A stretch of DNA of 64,000 bases from an uncultured bacterium (GTDB lineage: Bacteria; Patescibacteriota; JAHJAL01): NCBI GenBank assembly GCA_938004065.1, contig CALKWM010000013.1:2457-66456 (forward strand). The letters are read 5' to 3'. Both the position numbers and the translations under genes were made by a program. Position 1 is the first letter of the stretch. Each line of letters begins with the position of its first letter. Below are positions 49,864-57,382 of the stretch, in pieces. Below the pieces are notes generated by a model that did not search any database, was not told the origin of the DNA, and saw only the letters and a list, made by a program, of their open reading frames with translations.

Positions 49864-52800
49864 AATCCGACCATCCTTCTCCTTCCTCCCAGTTTGCTTT
49901 TTTGGTTATGCTATTTATGGTAGGATCAAAAAATTTATCGATGGGTGTAGGTTCATTCGGTCCGTTGTAACCTAGTTGTTGATAACAACCCGAGTTATTA
50001 ATTATTAGATTTTTTACCCCGTCTATTTCTTGGTAACTTTTGATCGTGACATAATGACCGGAAAAACCGCCAATACCAATATTATAATAATAGTATGTAC
50101 CAACTACTACTGGTATGCCTTGTTTGGCAAGGTTAATTATTTCCTGTTTGGTGGCACCTCGATGAATACAGCTTTGTTTGTCTTGTGGGATGTGTTTTTT
50201 CATTTGTTTTTCAAGATAATCCATGTTGGTAGATTGCGATAGTGGTCTGACGCATTTTGATGAATCATTACAAGTGTAGTCATCATAAAATGATCTTTCT
50301 CCGAAACTAGTGGCAAAACCTTGTGATTGCAATAACATAAGCAAGGCAGTAGGTCCGCAACCATCATCAGTGGTTTGACAGTAGTGAGGCATTTCTCCTG
50401 GTGTAACTACAGTAGGTGTAGTGCTGGGTGTGCTACATTGTTCGGAAGTAGTTTGTAAATAGGGGTATGGGTCTTGGAAATCGGGTAAATCTATACTACA
50501 TCCATCTGGATTTGCATTTAAAGGTCGCTCAAAGTGCATCATACAACATGGACCAATATCGTCTACTGTTGCTATTTGTTGTCCGGCTCTTATTTTTGTG
50601 CCTTGAGTGATGAAAGGTTCAGTGTTTACTTCACCATAACCGTTAAATGAACCATCGGCGTCGTTTTTAACCATAATGTAGTCTTTGCCACAATAGAAAT
50701 TTTCTTTTACATATTCTACTGTTCCGGATTCAATAGCTATTACTGGCCAACTAGCACCGGTTTGACCGCAATTGTTAGGTCCAGGACCAGCTTCTCCAAC
50801 AATAAGATCAAAACCTGCGTGTGCTCTAGAGACAGGACAATCGCCTTGAGGCCGAGATGCTTTGAAGTGTCTTGGTCCATTTGGAGCTCCTTTGTTTCCG
50901 TACTCGAGAGTAGCTTCTTTGCCATCGGCGCCAATAATTGGCCAGCATCTGCCACCGGGAGGAACATCGGAAATTGTTTGCGTTTGTTCTTGACATTTTT
51001 TAATACAGTCATCAATTTCTTGTTGGGTGTATCCCGGAAAAGATCCACCATTATTACCAGTTGAGCCGGTTGTGCCACCTTGGCCACCGCAGATTTCGGA
51101 GTCGGAACCAATAATATTGAATTGTTTTTTGGCGGTAATAACTCGATTGTATGATTCTTCAATCCTATTTTTTAGTGCTTCATTTTCTCTGGCTTTGTTA
51201 GCGATGTTAGTTATTACTTCGTTTATAGTTCCGGATGTTGCAGAAACAAGCATAATGATATCATTTCCGGCATTGATAGCTTTTTCGACTCTATCTGTGG
51301 TGGAATCGTTGGTTGATAGTGATGCGCCAACAGCGTTCAAGTCGTCGGTGATTATCAGTCCGTTAAAACCATTTCGGGCTTTGTCAACAATTTCTTTGGT
51401 ATAGGCAGCGTTTTCGGAAGAAATTTTGGTATAGGTAATACTATTCATCATGATAGCTACTTTATTTCCATATTTTTGTTTTAAATCATCGAATGGTTTT
51501 ATATATTGATAAGGATCTTCACTAGATGTGCCTTTTTCATAATCGGTGTGAGCACTTGCCGGATAGCCAGGAAAATGTTTAAGTGTGGGAATAACACTAG
51601 CGAGAATCAAGCCATCAATGTAATTTGATGCTTCAGTAGTAATATCACCATCAAAAGTACGACCGTCAGCACTAATTGGACTGTCGCTTAGGTTTGGGTC
51701 TACTACTGGTGCAAGATTCATATTGATACCGAAAGATTTCATATCCTTACCGCATGATGTCATAGATGTTTTTGGATCAGACATATTGGCGGCTGATGGC
51801 AAGTTGGAGCAATTGTTTGCGGTGCTGGTATATTTAAGTCTGTTGACTACTCCACCTTCGATGTCGCTGGCGATAATTGGTTTTATTTTCAATGTGTTGG
51901 TAATTGTTTTTATTTTAGCAAGACTATTATCTTCACTGCCTCCCATCATTATGATACTACCAATTTTCAGTTTTTCTAATTCATCAGTAGTAAAATTGGC
52001 TTCGTTGACCATAAGTATTTGGCCAATTTTTTCTTCCAAGCTTAGTTCTTTACATTTCTGGCTGGATCCTTCGATGTAAAATAGTTTCCCTGGATCTTGT
52101 GAGTGGACGATATTGGTCATATATTTGGTAAAATCAGTAATTTCATATTTAGCCATTTCACCACTTGAGCCGTTATTTTTTACACCAGTATATACAGTAC
52201 CGTGATCTTCGTAGGGATCGTTGACAATAAAGGAAGTAATTTGACCAGAGGAATCTTTGGTATAACCGATAATTAGAACTATGTGGCCGTAATTGCCATC
52301 GGTATTTGATGTGCGCATGAATCCGGTAAATGCGACCATGGGAGTACCTTGGTCAATCAGGCCGGTTATTTTAGGAATGCTATTGGTGTCATATTTGAAT
52401 TCCGTTACAGTTGATCCTGTTTCGGTTGTAGCAAAACTTTGAATAGTACCTGATCCATTTCTTGTAGCGTCTTTACCGTTTAATGTTTTGTTTTGTTCAA
52501 TAGTACTCCAGACCGGTTCGATGGTGGTGTAGTAGGTGCCGGGGTCAATATCTGTACTATTGGCATAATTGACAGCCATAACTGTTGAAACGAATCCGCA
52601 ACCGGCACTTTCAATGGTGTCGACACTGTCTAGTTTGACATTGGGATATTGTTTTTGATTATAATGTTTGATTCCGGAAATATAAGTTTTGTCGTCATTA
52701 GATGTGGGACCGGAGGAGATGTCTTGGCATTGCATGTTTTCAAAAATTGCTTTTGCATAATTAACTCTTTTGGTAAATGGTGTTAGGTCGTCTGAGCATT

Positions 52801-53485
52801 CAAAAAGATCGTGAAAAGTACCAACCAAATCTTCAATTTTTGTATATTCTGGAAAAAAACTATACAAGCTTTTATATCCTTCTTCATAATATTTTTCCCC
52901 ATAAATGCTTTCTCTTGGGATAAGATAGACATTGCATAAAGCAGGTCCGGTGAATTCTTTCCAAAAAAATTCAAGTTGAGCTTGAAGGCTGTCGATAGGT
53001 TGATTGGTTGATTCGCAATAAGAAGATAAGGCATCGTGTCTGCTTCCATACCATTGGGCCAATCCGTATGCTCCGCTATCTGGGTTGAGAGCTGTAGGAG
53101 AAAATTGGGATTCCTGTTGGAAATTACCTGCTATTGCTGCAGCTTGAGTTTTGTTGAGTCCTTTGGATGTAAGAAAACTTATAACAGTGTTGATGTTTTT
53201 TCTTTGGGATTCGTCAATTGAATTACCTGTATAGGTGCAGGGGCCGGTAGATGAACCTCTAGGTCCGTATGTTTCTAGCAAACAATCCTCAACGCATTTT
53301 CGATCGGTGGGCGAAAGTAAACTATCCGGAGTCAAGCCGGTCATGCCTAACATGGCCATCATGAGAGGTAGTAGAAACATTAATATACCGCAACAGCAAA
53401 GGGTGCAGCAAATATAGAGTATATAGCGCAAGGGGTCGTCCTGGAGATTTGTTTCGTCAGGGATTTGTGGGGTTGGCTCGGACAT
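49841..53485 (-). CDS. Giant membrane-anchored multidomain peptidoglycan hydrolase, in the position of a T4SS VirB1/PrgK/CwlT-type lysin.
   Basis: The start was set at MSEPTPQ (53485) rather than the track start 53533. From N- to C-terminus:
- TM segment RYILYICCTLCCCGILMFLLPLMMAML.
- Phage-tail-lysozyme-like motif AAIAGNFQQESQFSPTA...GAYGLAQW.
- C39-like domain 1 (AGCGFVSTVM...YGHIVLIIGY...NDPYEDH).
- GH3/NagZ-like domain (LEEKIGQILMV...ASDIEGG...KHFPGY...AHTD, GLIITDDLNAVGA).
- M23/LytM-like domain (AHAGFDLIV...QQIATVDDIG...MMHFE).
- C39-like domain 2 (GCGPTALLMLLQSQG...GHYVTIKSY). Confidence 0.7.
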   Translation of the reverse strand: MSEPTPQIPDETNLQDDPLRYILYICCTLCCCGILMFLLPLMMAMLGMTGLTPDSLLSPTDRKCVEDCLLETYGPRGSSTGPCTYTGNSIDESQRKNINTVISFLTSKGLNKTQAAAIAGNFQQESQFSPTALNPDSGAYGLAQWYGSRHDALSSYCESTNQPIDSLQAQLEFFWKEFTGPALCNVYLIPRESIYGEKYYEEGYKSLYSFFPEYTKIEDLVGTFHDLFECSDDLTPFTKRVNYAKAIFENMQCQDISSGPTSNDDKTYISGIKHYNQKQYPNVKLDSVDTIESAGCGFVSTVMAVNYANSTDIDPGTYYTTIEPVWSTIEQNKTLNGKDATRNGSGTIQSFATTETGSTVTEFKYDTNSIPKITGLIDQGTPMVAFTGFMRTSNTDGNYGHIVLIIGYTKDSSGQITSFIVNDPYEDHGTVYTGVKNNGSSGEMAKYEITDFTKYMTNIVHSQDPGKLFYIEGSSQKCKELSLEEKIGQILMVNEANFTTDELEKLKIGSIIMMGGSEDNSLAKIKTITNTLKIKPIIASDIEGGVVNRLKYTSTANNCSNLPSAANMSDPKTSMTSCGKDMKSFGINMNLAPVVDPNLSDSPISADGRTFDGDITTEASNYIDGLILASVIPTLKHFPGYPASAHTDYEKGTSSEDPYQYIKPFDDLKQKYGNKVAIMMNSITYTKISSENAAYTKEIVDKARNGFNGLIITDDLNAVGASLSTNDSTTDRVEKAINAGNDIIMLVSATSGTINEVITNIANKARENEALKNRIEESYNRVITAKKQFNIIGSDSEICGGQGGTTGSTGNNGGSFPGYTQQEIDDCIKKCQEQTQTISDVPPGGRCWPIIGADGKEATLEYGNKGAPNGPRHFKASRPQGDCPVSRAHAGFDLIVGEAGPGPNNCGQTGASWPVIAIESGTVEYVKENFYCGKDYIMVKNDADGSFNGYGEVNTEPFITQGTKIRAGQQIATVDDIGPCCMMHFERPLNANPDGCSIDLPDFQDPYPYLQTTSEQCSTPSTTPTVVTPGEMPHYCQTTDDGCGPTALLMLLQSQGFATSFGERSFYDDYTCNDSSKCVRPLSQSTNMDYLEKQMKKHIPQDKQSCIHRGATKQEIINLAKQGIPVVVGTYYYYNIGIGGFSGHYVTIKSYQEIDGVKNLIINNSGCYQQLGYNGPNEPTPIDKFFDPTINSITKKANWEEGEGWSDFVLYYKC

Positions 53486-53514
53486 GGTAAGAAATAAGAA
53501 GTAAGAAATAAGAA

Positions 53515-53593
53515 GTATGCGCCCAAGGCGCACCAGATGACTGGAAAAGTAATAAGTATGCGCCCAAGGCGCACCAGATGACTGGAAAAGTAA
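53515..53593 (+). promoter_or_regulatory. Two tandem copies of the 38-bp double-dyad element (53515-53552 and 53556-53593), 29 nt upstream of the lysin ATG, preceded by AAATAAG/AAGTAAG repeats.
   Basis: GTATGCGCCCAAGGCGCACCAGATGACTGGAAAAGTAA x2, separated by TAA. Confidence 0.6.
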
Positions 53594-53795
53594 AAGAAAA
53601 AGAAAAATTTAAGGTATATATTAAAAAGAAAAATTAGAACATGAAAAGTTCTAATTTTATTATACGGGGGAGGAGTAAACTTAACAAACTTATCAATTAT
53701 CGAACAAGATAAATAAAGTATCAAGTATAAAGTGAGGTGTTGCTTCGCAACATATTAATTAGATATATAGTTTTTTAAATATTTTTTTCTGGATT

Positions 53796-53810
53796 CCCGC
53801 CCAAGGCGGG
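53796..53810. other. GC-rich hairpin CCCGCC-CAA-GGCGGG downstream of the VirB4-like stop.
   Basis: Perfect 6-bp stem with the same CCCAAGG centre as the 38-bp element core. It is isolated in AT-rich DNA. Confidence 0.4.
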
Positions 53811-53900
53811 CAGGTAAGGCGGATCGAGGATGACATTTTTGTTTTGTTGATTGTTTTAAAAAGTTTGGAATGGTTTGAATGTGTTTGAAAAAAGTTTGAT

Positions 53901-55751
53901 TTACGCGCCCAGGGAGTTTTTGAGGGCCAAAACTTCTTCCGGGTTACTGGTAATGATGCGGTTTTCGGTGTAGGAGGCGACGATTTTGATTAAGACATGG
54001 TTCATACCGGCAAAGAAAATTCCTTCACCAACATTGGCTTCCAGAAGTGCCATTTTTTCACCGTCGGTTAGATGGAAAGTTTTGGCAATTAGGTCGATGG
54101 AGGCGGGGGATTGTTTGAGTAGGATTTGCATTGCTGAGTTGGAGATGATGGCTTTACCGTATTTTGATCCCAAGAAGTCTTCGACATCTTGGGAGATGGT
54201 GGTGATACCCAGGTAGTATTTACGAGATCGTTTGGTCAAGTTATGCAAAAATTTAGCGGAATCTTCGTATTGCATCAAGTTCCAGGCCTCGTCGATGATC
54301 ATGATACGCCTTTTGAGTTTGGTGCGGATTTTGGTCCAGATGAAGTGAGTGATAACAAACATGGCCACCGGACGCAAAGATTCTTCCAAATCACGGACGG
54401 AAAAGACGATCATGTTGGTGGTCAGGTCGATATTGGTGTGGTGGTTTAATAGTCCGGCGTAGGAGCCCTCGGTGTATTTTTGCAGACGACGGGCCATGGA
54501 TTCGGATCCCTGCATATTGGCCAGAACGTTTTGCAGGTCTGAGAGCAAAGGTGGGGGATTTTTATGCGAGACGGGATCTTCGGTAATGTCTTTGAGAGCG
54601 TATGCTTCCTTGATAGCGCGATCCATGATGGCTGATTCTTCGGGTGTTAATTGACCCAACATGATGCTCATCAGAGCTCCCAGTTCAACCACACTGGAAC
54701 GCAGGGCGTTTTCTTCTTCGCCTTCACTGGTTTCCGGTAAGTCGAGAGGATTGATTTTCTTTTCGGAATTGAGATTGATTGGGATGTAAGTGCCACCGAC
54801 GGCTTCACATAGGGTTTGGTATTCGTTTTCCGGATCGATAATAATGATGTCAGTTCCCAACATCAGGTAGCGTAAGCATTCCAGTTTGACGGTGTAACTT
54901 TTACCGGCACCGGAAGTGGCAAAGATGGTACAGTTGGGGTTGGCCAGATCGAAGCGGTCAAAAATTACCAGAGATTGATTGTGGCCGTTAAATCCGTAGA
55001 AAATGCCGTTGTCACTGGTTAGGTCAACGGAGGTGAAAGGAAATGTGGTGGAGATGGCGTCAGTATCCAAGTTGCGGGTGATGTACAATTCGTCATTGGC
55101 TAGAGGTAGGGTGGAATTAAAACCTTGTTCTTGTTGAAGAATGGCATTTTTAGTATAGATCAGGGCGCCACCGAGGGTGGTTTCCAAGTGATCGACATTG
55201 GCTTTGAGTTCTTTTTCACTGTCGGCGTAAACGGTAAAATACATGCCAAATAGAAAAAGTTTTTCGCTGCCTTGTTGGATACGATAGCGTAGTTCTTCCG
55301 CGTCCTGGATAGCGGTTTCCAGTTTGGGGTCGGATACTTCACCTTTTTCGCGATTGATGGCGTATGTGGCTTGCATGCGGCCGACTCGGTTGCGGAGGTC
55401 TTCCAATACGGCTTTACTTTCCTGTGGATAGATATACATACTGATGTCCATGGTGGCGTCGTAGGCGATGATGGGGGAGAGCCAGTTGGTGGTTAAAAAG
55501 CGGGGATAGGTAAAAACAAACAGAGTTTGCACGTAGCTGTTGTTGATGATGATGTAGTTGGGATTGATACGGAAAGCGCTGGGAGCGAGGATATCTTTGA
55601 GAGTGGACATACCTTCTTCGAAGACGGCACGAGCTTCTTGCAGATGTTTTTTTTCCGTTTCCAGACGTTTTTTCTCCTCCAAAGCTTTGAGTTTTTCCGG
55701 ATCTTTGGGTTTACGTTGGAAGAGGTTTTTGATTTTATCGGTTATGGCCAT
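53901..55751 (-). CDS. VirB4/TrbE/TraE-family conjugative (T4SS) ATPase, Gram-positive-like type.
   Basis: 616 aa. N-terminal region with YPRFLTTNWLSPIIAYDATMDISMYIYP. Walker A FATSGAGKSYTVK, Walker B IMIIDEAWNLM, and a C-terminal DUF87/AAA_10-like region. Confidence 0.75.
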   Translation of the reverse strand: MAITDKIKNLFQRKPKDPEKLKALEEKKRLETEKKHLQEARAVFEEGMSTLKDILAPSAFRINPNYIIINNSYVQTLFVFTYPRFLTTNWLSPIIAYDATMDISMYIYPQESKAVLEDLRNRVGRMQATYAINREKGEVSDPKLETAIQDAEELRYRIQQGSEKLFLFGMYFTVYADSEKELKANVDHLETTLGGALIYTKNAILQQEQGFNSTLPLANDELYITRNLDTDAISTTFPFTSVDLTSDNGIFYGFNGHNQSLVIFDRFDLANPNCTIFATSGAGKSYTVKLECLRYLMLGTDIIIIDPENEYQTLCEAVGGTYIPINLNSEKKINPLDLPETSEGEEENALRSSVVELGALMSIMLGQLTPEESAIMDRAIKEAYALKDITEDPVSHKNPPPLLSDLQNVLANMQGSESMARRLQKYTEGSYAGLLNHHTNIDLTTNMIVFSVRDLEESLRPVAMFVITHFIWTKIRTKLKRRIMIIDEAWNLMQYEDSAKFLHNLTKRSRKYYLGITTISQDVEDFLGSKYGKAIISNSAMQILLKQSPASIDLIAKTFHLTDGEKMALLEANVGEGIFFAGMNHVLIKIVASYTENRIITSNPEEVLALKNSLGA

Positions 55752-55800
55752 GGGTGGAAAGAATTAATATCTAATGTGAATAATAATTTGTGAAAATAAA

Positions 55801-55838
55801 CAAAGTATCAAGTAACAAGTATCAAGTAACAAGTATTT
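55801..55838. repeat. (CAAGTAT CAAGTAA)x2-3 heptamer array just 5' of the VirB4-like gene.
   Basis: CAAAGTATCAAGTAACAAGTATCAAGTAACAAGTATTT. Confidence 0.8.
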
Positions 55839-55869
55839 TGAGTCCCTCGACTTACGCTCGGGACGATAT

Positions 55870-56562
55870 TTATTCACTCGTTCCGGAGATGACGTCAGAG
55901 GTTAGGGATTCGATTTTGAAAAGTTTTTGATGGCGGGAGGTGGTGGGATTGAAGTGGTTGTACATCAATTCGGTGATTTCCTGGGTGGATAGGGTAACGG
56001 CACTAAGTCCCATCGATCCCAATCCGTTGGTGATAACGTTGATGCGCTCGGAGATTTTTTCTTTGGCCAGTTGAAAATCTTTTTCTTTGACGATAATTTC
56101 GTTGGATGATGGAAAAAGTTTTTGCCAAAACCCCTTGGTGGGAGCGGATGGGGGATAATAGGAAACTACCAGGAAGAATTTTTTTTCCATGACATTGGTA
56201 ACTTCCAGCAGACGCTGGATAAAGGCGATGTATTCTTGCATTTGAATTTTCAAGAGATCGTTTTGCTGTTTGATTTCCAAATCTTTGAGTTTGGAGATGT
56301 AGTCGGTTAAATCCAGTTTTTTGGATTGGACTATTATCTGAACCGGAAATGCCAGTGAATTTAGAAAGTTTTGGTATTGGTAGATGATGGCGTTTTGTTC
56401 GTCATCGGATTTGAGATCGAAGTTGACACTGGAGGTTAGCAGGATGCTACGCAGACTGCCGTCTTTCATGATGACCAGACCGTCACGGATTTCTTTGAAT
56501 GGGATATAGTTTTGGGTGGAGTTGCGGGGGTTGTGGGATTTTTTTTTGGTTTTTTTCTTCAT
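55870..56562 (-). CDS. Hypothetical T4SS-associated protein of 230 aa, between the VirB3-like and VirB4-like genes.
   Basis: Basic N-terminus with no TM. The IPFKEIRDGLVIMKDGSLRSIL segment loosely resembles VirB4 N-terminal regions. The gene is tightly linked, with 118 nt to the VirB4-like start. Confidence 0.4.
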   Translation of the reverse strand: MKKKTKKKSHNPRNSTQNYIPFKEIRDGLVIMKDGSLRSILLTSSVNFDLKSDDEQNAIIYQYQNFLNSLAFPVQIIVQSKKLDLTDYISKLKDLEIKQQNDLLKIQMQEYIAFIQRLLEVTNVMEKKFFLVVSYYPPSAPTKGFWQKLFPSSNEIIVKEKDFQLAKEKISERINVITNGLGSMGLSAVTLSTQEITELMYNHFNPTTSRHQKLFKIESLTSDVISGTSE

Positions 56563-56700
56563 AAAATCTAAAATGACTAAATGATTATAATTGCAGAATT
56601 GAAATATAGTAATAATTGTCTAAATTTTGATAACCAATATTTCCTTGGAAAAAAAATATGAAATCTTCTCGTTAAATTGGATATTGATATTTGATAATTG

Positions 56701-57375
56701 TTATTTACTACGAGCTATTTCGAGCATTTTTTGTTTTTTGTCTTCTTTCTGTTTGACCGCTTCTTCGTTGACCGAGGGTTGAGCTTTCGGTTTTCTGGTA
56801 AACAGGCCGGTAATGGTTGAGGAAAGTTGTTTGAATCCGGATTGGATATTGTGGGCGATGGATTTGGTGGCTTCGGAAGTGGACGGGATGGGTTTTTTGG
56901 TTGGTGTTGAGTGTTGTTCAACATTTAATTCTTCGGCTTTGGCGCGGATGTCTTGAGGAGTCATCTGGGTGTCGAGGATAAGTGATAGTTGTTGCAGTTG
57001 AGATTTAACTTCTTCCGGATGTTTGATGGCTTCAATTTCACTTTTTTTGTCTTCTTTTTTGGCCTGGGGAGCGGTTTCAAATACGGGAGGTGGTAGTTGT
57101 AGCCACAGTAAAGTTTTAGGTTTAAATAAAAACAGGACAAAATTGGCGACAAATTTGGAAAATGGTTGTTCATTGACGGGTACAAATGCAAATGCCAGAG
57201 CCATCAGTGCCACCGGGATCGAAAGGGCGTAGAAATAGTTGTTGTATCCGACATAAATATACACTACGTATATTATACCTGATGCGAAAAGCAGGTATAA
57301 AAATTGTTCGAGGGTGAGTGGACCGATAATCTGGTCCGGCATTTTGATGTTTTGTGGGACTTTGAATTGGAGCAT
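56701..57375 (-). CDS. VirB3-like small two-TM protein (PrgI/ConD/TcpE-like) with a K/E-rich C-terminal tail.
   Basis: IGPLTLEQFLYLLFASGIIYVVYIYV (TM1) and ALSIPVALMALAFAFV (TM2), followed by a hydrophilic tail. The gene sits between the VirB6-like and VirB4-like genes, as VirB3 does in other T4SS loci. Confidence 0.45.
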   Translation of the reverse strand: MLQFKVPQNIKMPDQIIGPLTLEQFLYLLFASGIIYVVYIYVGYNNYFYALSIPVALMALAFAFVPVNEQPFSKFVANFVLFLFKPKTLLWLQLPPPVFETAPQAKKEDKKSEIEAIKHPEEVKSQLQQLSLILDTQMTPQDIRAKAEELNVEQHSTPTKKPIPSTSEATKSIAHNIQSGFKQLSSTITGLFTRKPKAQPSVNEEAVKQKEDKKQKMLEIARSK

Positions 57376-57382
57376 GGTTTGT

